In this document: positions 23,501 through 34,665 of the stretch, piece by piece | Numbering within the stretch: position 1 is the stretch's first letter | How the letters are laid out: each line of letters opens with the position of its first letter | DNA from: a virus | Virus record (IMG/VR): IMGVR_UViG_3300046170_000433 | Location: 11,616-75,615 of that record | Reading direction: 5' to 3' (one strand) | DNA length: 64,000 nt | The notes under the pieces: generated by a model | What the model was told of the DNA's origin: nothing | Seen by the model: only the letters and a program-made list of their open reading frames with translations | Databases searched by the model: none | Made by a program: the position numbers and the translations under genes

Positions 23501-25464
23501 CTGTACTACCATCCTCATTGAGCCATTTAGTAGAAGTACCCTCACCCTTTGCATATGCCCAACTTTGAGTTCTGTTGGAGAAAAACCAATTCTTATCAAT
23601 AGAAGGATCATTCCACATCCAACCTGTATCCTCACTCCAATTCCACTTAGAATCAGGATCATCATACCACCATCCATTGTAGTCATTACCCGTGTACATC
23701 TTCCAATTAGGACTTTCGGGAGATGAAAAGTATGCTCCTAGCTCATCTCTATACCAATCCGGCACAGGATTTCCATCTTCACCTAGCAATGGTTGGTCTG
23801 TATTGGGCTGTGTATTATTCATGTCACCAGGATTTGTTGTGTCGGAGGGACTACCTGTATCAGAAGCCGGAGGATTACCTGTATCAGAGGCAGGGGGATT
23901 GCCTGTATCAGAAGCAGGGGGAGTCGCATTACCAGTATCAGAATCAGGCTCGAGGAATATCTCACCACTCTTAACTTGTGAGGCATCCATGTAAGTGCCT
24001 GTATCATAGTCATAGAATTTCCCTGTATTCATGTCAGGGTAAACCCATTCACCAGAATCAGGATCCTCACCTTGTTCCTTAGCCCAGAAAAACATACCCT
24101 TATCAGTTTGGTGTGGATACATCCATGTACCTGCTTTTCCGACCAAAACCAATCGGGGCTATTTTCTTCATCCTGATAAAACCACCCCATACTTAAGGAG
24201 TAATTCCAGCCGTCTCTGTCGCCCGTACCCTGATTGATTGTTCCAAACTTTTCGTGACTTACCCACCCTGGCGCATCAGCTCCTGACCAATAGGATTCTG
24301 TCTCTACTCTTTTGCCATTCTGAATCTCTGAGTCACCATAATAGCGACTGCTTTGATCAAAACTATAAGGAGTAGTTGCCTTATAAAAATCTAAATTCTC
24401 TAGGTTAGAGTCCATGGAAAAAGAATCACCATTATCTACTAAGCCAGTTAATTCTATTCCTGTTACATCATATGTCTCGCCCTTCCTGAACTTACCAAAT
24501 TCTGTAATTAATTTACTTACAGAATCAGGATTAGCAGCAACAAGAATTGCAGCTGCATCATCATCTATACTTTTACCATACAAACCTGATGTTGCTATTT
24601 TTACATTATCAATAACATTATTAAACTTATTGAAGCCCATGTCATCCCACCTCAGCATCATCATTTTTCGTTTTCTGTGCTTTGGTCAACTCTGTTGAGT
24701 TTATTGCTGCCTTGACTTGCTCGTTGGTCAGATTGGTACCTGTTGGTGGTTAAAATACCCGAGCCATCCGTTCTTCCATGTCGGTAAACTTCATTCCAAA
24801 ATGCCCAACAACCAAACCCAGCTTCGGACATTGCCTTGCCACCCATGTTTTCCTTGGCACATTCCTTGCCACCTTCTGTCTCAATGCCCTGGAACTCTTC
24901 ACTTAAATTACCAATCTTGCCGATACCTCCAGCTATCTCTCCCTCAATTTTTCCCCTTTTCTGCACCTCTAGATTGTATGTACTTATTTGACCAAACACC
25001 CCCCTTTCGATTCCAATAATCTTGAAGATCAGGTCGCTCATCATAGAACTTTTGGTAATCTGTACGAGATATGCTTTTCTTGGAACTGTTTAGACCAAGA
25101 TTATCCTCCATCTCCTCTGGGGACACCTTTACCATCGCCATCGGTATCTGCAATAGCTAGATACTTAGCATGCTCTAGCTGGGAAAGTGCCATTAGGATT
25201 CTAGGTCTTTTTCTAATTCGGCCCGCTCTTCTTCTGAGAGGGATTCTGCAACTCTAGCAAGTGACTCTTTATATTCCCCTTCAAGCCTATCGTTGATTTC
25301 ATTGTAGCTAGCAATCACATCTTCCGTATAAAGCTTAGCCCTTATGTCATTAACTTGCTGTGGAAGCTCTGAACCATCTCCATTGTAATTCGGGTCAATC
25401 GTGCCATGGGAAACTGAAGAGCTGATGACTTTATCGTCCTTGATCACCTCCATATTCTCAGCAT
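20595..25464 (-). CDS. large probable internal virion protein with two Trp-rich domains; many frameshifts
   Basis: Pieces 25193-25453, 24944-25153, 24661-25044, 24029-24664, 21924-24152, 21350-21613, 21211-21438 and 20595-21257 read through each other; motif ATQSDVDAGLA..VG occurs twice (~23030 and ~21730). Confidence 0.55.
23851..23942 (-). repeat. 24-bp tandem repeat encoding PPASDTGN x3-4
   Basis: cctgtatcagaagccggaggatta / cctgtatcagaggcagggggattg / cctgtatcagaagcagggggagtc. Confidence 0.85.
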
Positions 25465-25532
25465 AAGTGATCAGATAATTCGGTCTGATTGTTATTGATT
25501 GTAGAGTTGTTTTTTTCCTGTATGCTCATTTT

Positions 25533-28500
25533 TTAATCTGTTGTAATATAATCTATTGATCCATGAATTGCGTTTGTTGCAGCGGGCAAATCAGTTGGAC
25601 TAGTATTTGTCGGGAACTCCATCCAAATGTTTCCATCGTATATCCTAAACATTAATGCCTTCATGTAACCTTCTAGCGTATAACCCTGCCCAAAAGCTCC
25701 ATTATTATATACATTATATATGCCTGTAACGTGTTGCGGGTTGTATATGGCAAAAGGCAATCCATCGTATCTAACCGACCCATAATATCTCATACCTACA
25801 GTAGTGTCTCGAGTTACAGCAAAATCCATATGAACGTGCTTACCCTGCTTAACGTAGGTGTAATATAATTTAGAGTTACCTGAAAAGGTCGTACCATCGT
25901 AGACCATATTAGCCCCACGTGTACCAAACTCATAACCAACATCCAAATTCCCTTGCCCGTACTCGATATCTAGCGCTGGTGCTATGCTAATCTCAGGGTC
26001 GAAGTAAATTGTTCCATCCGACCCCATGCCAGACCAATTCAACATCATGATACTAAACCACTTGCAAGTAGGCGCTACGTCGAATGTATAGGTATACTGC
26101 GTTCTAGAGCTTGAAATACTTGCATTGTTTCGCAGCCAGTGAACCCTAGTATCCTCCACTACATAGGATTCACCAGAGCTTGCATTATGGGATATGGCAA
26201 CTTTGCCTTCAGGTAAAGTGCCGTCATACTCTGCGACCCCCGATGTAAAAACCACTAGAGAAGTTAGTATTAGCTTTAGCCAATATAGTAACTGTGTATT
26301 TTAGTATACCAGGCTGCACCTTAAATGCCCGACTAGTTGCACCCGATGTTGTGTCATTGATAGCAGTAGGATGTAACTTTGATAGCTTTAGCTCATGGTC
26401 ATACTTTAAATCCATGTCGTAGTTTGCAGAACTACTACTTCCGTATGTAGCAAACCAATCGCCATGAAAAGCTGCTCTTGAACATACATTTTCCGTATGA
26501 AGGATTTTTGTAACTCTTCTCCTAGCTGTTGAATGAGAAGAGGAACCATTATTGGTGAAGAAGGATAAGCCCCATTGACCGTCACCCATCATGATTTCAT
26601 TGGTTCCGCCCTCCAAGAAAACCGTTCCGGCATTTGTCGCACCTAATCGACATTTCGTATAACCATCTATACCCATACCGATCTTTACTTCGCCAGGTAC
26701 TGTGCCTTCGTTCCCAGGAACTTGGTTAACATAAAATGAACTAAAACCGCTGTCCGGCCCATAGGCGCTGGAACCAGCACTACCCATGAACCCTTCTGCC
26801 TCTATCGAGTAAACTTTCTTGGATGATGATGAATATTCCGTATGCCATTGGTCTATAGGACTTACTCTAAGGCCATTTTGGTGAGTCACATTACCAGTAA
26901 CCGCTAGGTCGCCACTTACAGTTACACCTGAGCTAGTAGTCTCTAGCTTCATTGCCCCATTGTGGAACAATTCAGTCTCTGCATTCTGCCTGCAAATCAA
27001 TCCCCACTCATTATTGGTGTCGTTGTAGATTCCAACAAACGAAGCACCATTCGACATTAACACCCAATCATCCTGAATGGCATATCCTGCATACCCATTT
27101 GTAGTAGATGTTACTTTTACTGAGCCATAGCTACCAGTTACATCTTTAATCTTCTGACTAGCACTCGATACCGTAGGATACGCAGGCAAGTTTCCGGCGT
27201 GGTACACCGTGTGGCCATTTATCGTTGTAAGAGCATCTGCCCCTCGGACTCTGAAACGATTTCCATTTGCCGCATAAACATCCAACAAATAACCCTCGGT
27301 ATTAGTTGAATCATTTCTGATATGCACGGCCGAGTTCGGGCCATTCATATAAATATAATTGTTGGTTTGTTTCGAATTAACGAACCTGAATCCCCAATCA
27401 TCTACATTGGTGGTCAAATCCCATCTACTACCTTTGGTGATCGTGTCGTCCGCATCGCTACGAATGAAAGAACTCGCATGAAGACCATCAAGTTTGTCAG
27501 CATCTAGCCCTGAGCCTGAACCATCGTTTCCGGCATGGTACGCTTCGTGTCCAAAGATGTATGCTTTGTTAGTGTCACCTTCTAGGGCTAATGGGTACGG
27601 AGTCTCCCATATATTATTCGCATCATCTATTGGAGAATCATTACCAGATGCATCTCTGTCTACTAATATATAAAAATTATTACTATTTACATGGATATAC
27701 CAATCATCCGCTACATGAGTATCGTTAAATTTAATTGTAGGATGTTCACCTCTTAGGTGAATAGATGGGTCATCCCATGATCCAGTATGATTAATTTCTA
27801 GCTTACCTTGAGGATTCGTAGTACCAATACCGACATTGCCATCGGAGTCGATTCGCATTTTTTCTGCTGAATTTGTGTCGAATCGCATATAGTTATCTGC
27901 ATTGTCATATAAAATCCTACCCTTCCAATCAGTTGCGCTTTCGGAAAAATCAATATATGCTCCAGCTGGTGCATTAAGTTGAAGTATGGCGCGCTGACCA
28001 CCTACAGACCTTACTCCCATATGAACACCAGTACCCAAGGGAGTTGTTCCCATTCCTCCTGCTACATGAAGGGCTGAACCAGGATTCGTAGTACCAATTC
28101 CGACTCGGCCACCACTTGGAGCAAGCAATATGTCACCAGCAGTGGTTGCGGAACCTAATTTTGATTCTAATATTAAACCATTAGCTCCATCGTGGTATAT
28201 ATCTGCTAGGTAATTGTTAGGATAAGTGGATGGAATATAGTTTAATCTAATCCCACTAGTACTATCGGGTTGCGCAATTGTTAATTTACTTCCAGCAATA
28301 TTACCAAAGGAAGGACTACTTCCTGATGTGTAAGCAGAAGAGGATATGGTGACTTGGTTAAAAGAGTCTTGGTTCACCGAAACACTTCCGCTTCCGGAGA
28401 AGTTAAGTGTACCGCTTTTAAAACCAGTTACATGTCCAAATGAATCAAAGTCTATAGCTTGTACAAACCTGCGATTGCTGTATCCTAAATCACCTGTTGA

Positions 28501-28815
28501 ATACCCTGCTAGAGTTCCTGGTCTATTTTGGTGAGTAAATACTCCTGATGCACTTAGAAGAAGTCCTGAGCCTGCACTTATGCCTAGATTGGCAGGGCTA
28601 ATAATTCCATCAGATGTGATATTAAGCTCATCAATGTTGAGTCCAAGAATCTGATTAATCTTATTTCCTAGGTTCGTGAAGTTCTCATCTAGGGATTCGT
28701 GGGATAGCGGCGCAGTCTCCATACTGCGAAGCTTCATGACGTCTATGTCTCCAGAGCTAACGGAAAATGGGGGAGAATAGACAGGCGATCCAAAAGTTAA
28801 CGGATTAATGCTCAT
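25533..28815 (-). CDS. tail fibre / receptor-binding protein; frameshift near 26250
   Basis: N-terminal LRSMETAPLSHESLDENFTNL anchor, two VGIGTTNP repeats, GNDGSGSGLDADKLDG motif; continues into ORF 25533-26255. Confidence 0.85.
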
Positions 28816-28838
28816 GTTATCAAGATAATTAGGTTACA
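28815..28838. promoter_or_regulatory. 24-bp palindrome overlapping the fibre start codon
   Basis: TGTTATCAA-GATAAT-TAGGTTACA. Confidence 0.7.
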
Positions 28839-28862
28839 TACAAAGGCCAATCTTTTATTGGC

Positions 28863-29722
28863 TTATTTAAAGGTTATCGCACTTCCCCCGATTGTTATAT
28901 TTCCTGATGCTGTGAGATGATCATATGCATCATTTGATACTTGGATTACTGTTACACTTACTGTGGTGTCTGTACCATCATGGCTGACTTCGTTTAATTG
29001 GTATACTATTTCTGCTGGTGTGCTGTAGGTAGTAGTGATTGTTGTGCTTTGGAATAGTGAAGTTGTTCCTGTTATTTCCACGACTCCGTTAGTTGCTACA
29101 GCGTCGAACTCAGATTTCAATATAGTGGCAGTACCAGTTGATGTGATACATCCACCAAGGGAAATCCTCAAGTTTCCCAAGGTCATTACCATTGGTTTTA
29201 AGTCCAGCAACCTCGAGGTTTGCAGATACAGAAGTACTCCCAAGATCGGAAGCAGTAGCATCGGAGGTTGTAGTTGTCATCTTAAATGAGTCCTGCCCCT
29301 CATCCCAATACATTGCCGCATTATCCTCTCCGCTACCTCTCTCGATCATGATGCCTGCATCACTTGTAGCGTTTGCATTATCACTAGCTCCTTTTGATAA
29401 TAAAATCAAAGAGTCGGATATGGTTGAGTTGGTAGTATTAAGAGTTGTGACAGCACCATTTACAGTTAGGTCACCCGACAATGTTAGGTTTGTACCTGTT
29501 ACATTGCCTGTGAAGTCTGCACCATCTAGCCTTGCATATTGAGTGAGGCTAGCAAGCTCAGTATCTACATAGTCCTTTGTGACTGCACCCAAAGGAGCAG
29601 TAGGATTAGCATTAAGTATTAAGTTTCCGGTCAGAGTCCCCCCCCGTAAGTGGCAGTCTCTCGCCTACCAATTGCTTTGTGGTTCTTCCGATTACGGTAA
29701 AGATAGATTCTTGTTCAGACAT
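28863..29722 (-). CDS. fibre-like protein; frameshifts at a C8 tract (~29640) and near 29160
   Basis: MSEQESIFTVIGRTTK...LPLTGG(fs)TLTGNLIL...AVTKDYVD...SGDLTVNGAVTTLNTTN...GIMIERG...WDE. Confidence 0.7.
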
Positions 29723-29752
29723 TATATATAGTGGTTGTTAGTTGGGTTAAAG

Positions 29753-32350
29753 TCAAAGTAAGGCTGGTATTAAATTTGTGTTCTTCTTAACAGCAGGGAT
29801 TTGGTCTGTGTTAGTTTTGATTGGTGTAAGTGCTGATTCGATTGGGGCTGGAATGAATTGTATCGAACTCTCCCGTTTCTTGACGTAATTGGCTGCATTA
29901 CCTGCGCACGACTGATTGCTCATCGTTACGAGATACGAGTTACCCAAGGTTCACTAACGTTGAACAATATTCTGGATAGTGAGAGTCATTCACGGCTGTA
30001 TTCACTTGGTAGTTGACGCGGGCTGTTTGATTGCGGTAATTCCACCCAAACATTGGCGAATGCCTTCTTGTGTAGTTACTGATTTTCTACATATCGAGGC
30101 TTAGATTTCCACGAAATCGCATTAACATCTGCATCGTCTACATCCGACGCTGAACAGTAGAAAGACAGCAGTCGAGTGTTGATACCGAACGACCATCTAT
30201 GCCGTTGCCTATTGTAACCTACAGCATCTAATTGCTGAGATACCTTAAATGAGAATCCAGATGCTGATGCAATCGCTGTAGCCTCAAATGGGAGATATGC
30301 GGTAACTCCATTCTGCCTAGTAACTCTAAGCCTAATCTCGTCTCCTATGGTAACTTCAACGCCTTCGGTATACTCGGCAGAGTAAGTGGTTGCATTAACT
30401 GAACCATTAAAGATTTCAGCATCTGCGGTTACATTGTAAAGCTGTACGCGACTATGCTGAATAAGACCACTTATATTATACTGAAGAGTTGCCCTAGTCC
30501 CCGAAGAGTCGGTGATCTCACCCAAGACAACTGCATTATTGAGCGTGGTCACTAAGCCGGTGGAGGTTAAGTTACCTGCAAAGGAAGATGCCTTAATCGT
30601 GATGGTTGTTCCGCTAATAGCGAACGCAGAAGAAGCATTTGCATCGATATCCAAATTAAAAGAACCAAGGTTAATTTCATTTCCTGACCTCGATACAATG
30701 GTTGATACTTCACCTGCGTAGTTATCCACGAGGTATGACTTTGCTCGGTCGTAAAACTTCTGAGGTGTATCAATCTCGGTATAGGCATCAACTGTATCTT
30801 TGTCTGATTCCGTGAGTGTTAAATCAGGTTGCAAGACAACATCAATTTCCGACCCATCTGCACCTCGCAAAGCAATTTCGGTAGAAAATATATTTCTATC
30901 GTAGTTTATAATTCCATAATCAAATATGTCATCGGTATAAGGTTGATTGTAATAATATTTCTTAGGATTTTTCCCTCGACTCCTAACCCATCCATTAACA
31001 TCTCCCTGTGGTGAATACCCTTCACCTATTAAAACTTCAAACTCGGCAACCTCGCCATTTGAGTCAGTTGTTTTTTCATAAGTTCGCTGAGTGGTAGCAG
31101 GATTAGTATCAAAATTAGTGAGGGTATGACTAGGTGATCTAAATAATTCTATAGCATCTGTAAAAGTATTACCTAGTAAATTCCAATCTGCTACATCTGG
31201 TTGGGAGTAGTTATTTGATTTGGTGGATTTGTAGTAATTTCCACTATAGACAACATAATTATTTCCACCATATTTTTTACCCTGCACCCAATTGAGAACA
31301 TTGGTTCTAGTTATGTAAAGCGTTCCGCTATCTGTCACATAATCCCCTTGTGACAACTCTCCAAAAGAAAATGCAGTAGCTAAGTTTGTTACAGTCACGA
31401 GGTCAGCATTTGCTAATGATGCGTCATCTTTTAAGTAAAACTTTGCGCCTGCTATTGGATTATACTGATCATCAACAGTTTTAATTTTTAAGGTTTGGGT
31501 AACTTCTAAAGATCCTGCTGAATAATTTGTTGAAGAATTATTTAAGTGATTTGCCCAAAGGAATCTTGTTCCATTAATCGCATTCCTTACTCCAGTTTTC
31601 CACCCTCCAAATTGAGAAATGTCTGCCCTTGCACCAGTATCGGAATCGAGCTTTTCAATAATTTGAAACACATTTGATTCATTATTAAAGGAATCCCTAG
31701 CACCATAAATTTGTACATTGCTAATAGTTGGATTTCCCGCTCTAAAAGTAATACCACTTGTGCCACTAGCATACATCTTACAATCCACCATCTCGGTGGT
31801 ATTTGAAATATTAAATTGTATGTCTCCATCGTTCCCAATTTTATCAATGATGCAGTTCTCAAATCTTACACTCCCAGTGATTGTTGCTGAAAACTCACCT
31901 CTAAAATTGACACCAATGAAATTACTTTTTCCATTGGAATTATTATCAATCCTTAAAGCTTTAGAGTTCCACCCCATACCAGACCCTTCGATGGCATAAA
32001 TGATGTCACCCACTTCAGGATTAAATGAAAATCCATTTTCAGTCTGTGGACTTTTTAATTGGAGTGTGCCCGTATTTTTTACATACAGTCTATCCTTATG
32101 TCCTGTGCCTTTGAATATCCAAATCTGTCTACCAAAATCAATATCTAGGTCACCCTCAATGTGGAGTGCATTCCCACCAAAATCCACAATTTTAAAAGTG
32201 CTATGAGATTGATCTCCGACTGTAGTTACATTTACTGAACTGATACCCTCCATCGCAGTTAAAAAAGATGCAGTATCATCAGTTCCACTTTGTGTAATTT
32301 TAGGGTAGGTATTACCTGCTATAACTAAATGTGCCTTCTGTGAAACTCAT
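29753..32350 (-). CDS. large tail/structural beta-rich protein; frameshifts near 32320 and at 29950-30230
   Basis: ATG 32350 overlaps the upstream stop; beta-helix-like N-terminal part; C-terminus ...KKNTNLIPALL in ORF 29753-29947. Confidence 0.65.
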
Positions 32351-32694
32351 GCGAAATCCTTTGTTACAGACTCTAAGTTTCCCGATGAGTCATAGGTGAT
32401 GTTTTTGGTTAGATGCACTGCATCATTCTCATCTTTCTCTACCACTTGAGTGAGCAAACCACTAGCATACGTAAACGCCTTACTACTAACTAATGTAAGC
32501 TTCTGGTTGTTCGTCCAAGTTGTCATGGCAGTCAACACTCCATCTGTGAATGTCGATTCTGTATAATTATCCGATGGATCGGGGTGGGTGTGGCTATCGC
32601 CACCTCCACCTCCGCCACCAGAGTTTATCTGCGCCTCAAGTTCCTTGATCTTAGAACCCAGCTTATCGCCAATCTGGGCTAAGATGTCAGTCAT
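32347..32694 (-). CDS. small fibre-associated protein
   Basis: N-terminal DILAQIGDKLG, poly-Gly linker, YD-like beta-hairpin repeats. Confidence 0.7.
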   Translation of the reverse strand: MTDILAQIGDKLGSKIKELEAQINSGGGGGGGDSHTHPDPSDNYTESTFTDGVLTAMTTWTNNQKLTLVSSKAFTYASGLLTQVVEKDENDAVHLTKNITYDSSGNLESVTKDFA

Positions 32695-33620
32695 TAGGCT
32701 ATAGCAGTATTAAATGCAGACTCGAAAGTAGAGTAATCACCAAGTGGTGTAGTATTTACTACAAGACCATTTGCGTTAGGCACGGTACAAATACCTGTAA
32801 CATTACCTGTGACATTACCCGTAACATTTCCAGTCAGATTCGCAGTAACGGTTGCAGCAGTAAGATTAGCTGCAGCTGTGCCAAGCTTCAACTCCCAGGT
32901 GCTTTCGTCATTGTCCCAAATAAGACCAGCTTTAGGATTTGGATCGTCATTAACATCATTACCTCTGTTAACATTGAATCCACCTGTTGATGCAGTAACA
33001 GAACCATCAGAAGCCAAGTTAACCTCAATGGTATTGTCGGCTACACTAACCTCAGTTGAACTAACTGTGGTAGTTGTTCCTTGCACGGTGAGGTCACCTG
33101 TAATTGTGACTGCTCCAGAAATTGTACCACCAGCTTTGTCGTACTTGTCATTTGTAAGACTAGTAATGTTTCCTGCATTAGTAGAAATGTTAGTGGCATT
33201 AGTTCCAATCTGAGCATCAAGCAGAGAATCTGCTTCAGCTAAGCTTTGAGCCTCATCAATGTAATTTGAATTTGTTTCAGCAATGTAAGTGCCATTAGCA
33301 TTCAATCCTGATGCAGTCTCAATCGTATTAATTGCAGCAGCATTTGTGGAGACTCCGTCTGCATTTGCTTTCGCTTGTGCATCAAGTTTATTGTCTGCAT
33401 CAGCCAATGATGATGCTGCTGATAGATAGTTACTAGACGTTGGTGCAGTATAAGTGCCATCAGCACCTAACCCTGCCCCTGTCTGGGTGGTATTTACTTC
33501 GCCTTGAAGTACACCTAACTCTGCTTTTGTAGCAAAGTCATTCGTTATTGAGCTTTCAAGAGACTTTATTTGCCCCCCGACTTTCTCACCTATTTTTCCT
33601 AATATATCTGTAGCTGGCAT
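32694..33620 (-). CDS. fibre-like protein
   Basis: N-terminal DILGKIGEKVG; GLxAxGTY..SNY repeats; GDLTVQGTTTTV; TGNVTGNV. Confidence 0.8.
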   Translation of the reverse strand: MPATDILGKIGEKVGGQIKSLESSITNDFATKAELGVLQGEVNTTQTGAGLGADGTYTAPTSSNYLSAASSLADADNKLDAQAKANADGVSTNAAAINTIETASGLNANGTYIAETNSNYIDEAQSLAEADSLLDAQIGTNATNISTNAGNITSLTNDKYDKAGGTISGAVTITGDLTVQGTTTTVSSTEVSVADNTIEVNLASDGSVTASTGGFNVNRGNDVNDDPNPKAGLIWDNDESTWELKLGTAAANLTAATVTANLTGNVTGNVTGNVTGICTVPNANGLVVNTTPLGDYSTFESAFNTAIA

Positions 33621-33632
33621 TGTTTGTAGTAG

Positions 33633-33881
33633 TTAGTTAGAATTTCTGTGTAAATCGTAATTAAGTCCGAAGGTAACTTCGTTTCCGTATTCTGCTCTTA
33701 TTGAATCAAGCCCTGCCTGATCCATGTAGTCCAAGTCATTCCAGTTATTGAATCCGTCACCTACCTTCATTCTCTTATTGGTTAGGTCTAGGCCTATTTC
33801 GCCCTGTCGTAGGGCGGGATTGATGGATTCCCATTGCTCCGCAGTATCGCGCCTTTGCAAGATGCGTCTTAATTCTGCCAT
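33633..33881 (-). CDS. Mtd-N/hyaluronidase-N-like fibre adaptor domain protein
   Basis: RILQRRDTAEQWESINPALRQGEIGLDLTNKRMKVGDG...WNDLDY; start MAELR at 33881. Confidence 0.8.
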   Translation of the reverse strand: MAELRRILQRRDTAEQWESINPALRQGEIGLDLTNKRMKVGDGFNNWNDLDYMDQAGLDSIRAEYGNEVTFGLNYDLHRNSN

Positions 33882-34126
33882 TATGCTCCTCCTCCATCGA
33901 TATCCAATACCTCCAAGTGTACGGTGTCCGCAACGCCACCATCTATTACAGCCCCGATCAATTCGGGTGGCTCTGCAATCCATTGGTTCGTAAGACTGTT
34001 GTACTGGAGTACACCTAGGTTAACTGGGTTCGGGTTTACATCTAATAAACTCAGCAGAGTCTTATCGGCTATTTGCTTCTTAACTTGTGCAAGCCTTCTG
34101 CCTATCTCTGTGAGTATATTCTGCAT
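33881..34126 (-). CDS. small fibre-associated protein
   Basis: N-terminal NILTEIGRRL; LLDV...GVLQYN...QW; IDGG...IDGGGA tail. Confidence 0.7.
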   Translation of the reverse strand: MQNILTEIGRRLAQVKKQIADKTLLSLLDVNPNPVNLGVLQYNSLTNQWIAEPPELIGAVIDGGVADTVHLEVLDIDGGGA

Positions 34127-34135
34127 CTCGTATAT

Positions 34136-34159
34136 TGTAACCTATTTATATATGTAACG
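34136..34159. promoter_or_regulatory. 24-bp palindrome upstream of the fibre cluster
   Basis: TGTAACCTA-TTTATA-TATGTAACG; ATG at 34126. Confidence 0.65.
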
Positions 34160-34170
34160 CACTAAGAAAA

Positions 34171-34665
34171 TTATTGCAATGCAGCAAGAAAGTCCTCGAG
34201 TGCTTTTTCAGCATCGAAGGTAGATGTATCTCTTTGGGTTATCACAATGTCTGCCCCTGCACTAGGTGCATTTGTAAATGTTAATGTGTTTCCGGCTAAA
34301 CTCACTTGGTAGTCAGATAGTGGATCCTGAACCAAACCATTAATGCTCACATCGTAGTTTGCTTCAGAGTCACTAGTCATATCAAAGCCTACAGTATATG
34401 AGGTTACCCCAGTGGCAGTTATTTGATCTGTAGGCATTACAGAGGAATCATCCTGCAAATCTGTTATCTGATCTTGTATCTCATTAAATTGCTCAGAGTT
34501 TCGATAAATGGATAAGTCCACAACTCTTTCAAGCTCTACTGCATCTTGCTTACGATTTACTTTCTCAGTTAATCTTGTAAGCACTTCAGGTAAATTGTTT
34601 TGACCCTCCTTAAATGCTACATTCATTTCGTAGCGAACACGACCACTCTGTTTCCTACGAGCCAC
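34171..34665 (-). CDS. tail-associated protein
   Basis: VSINGLVQDP..DY...LTFTNAPSAGADI beta domain common in tail proteins. Confidence 0.7.
   Translation of the reverse strand: MARRKQSGRVRYEMNVAFKEGQNNLPEVLTRLTEKVNRKQDAVELERVVDLSIYRNSEQFNEIQDQITDLQDDSSVMPTDQITATGVTSYTVGFDMTSDSEANYDVSINGLVQDPLSDYQVSLAGNTLTFTNAPSAGADIVITQRDTSTFDAEKALEDFLAALQ

Noticed and set aside
23851-23942. CRISPR-like mini array
   Set aside because: Units are contiguous, in-frame coding repeats without unique spacers; the Cas4-like gene is an ordinary recombination exonuclease
29900-30240. DGR-type hypervariable region in a tail gene
   Set aside because: The damage is indel-rich rather than adenine-specific, and no template repeat or reverse transcriptase is seen; looks like a low-quality sequence patch
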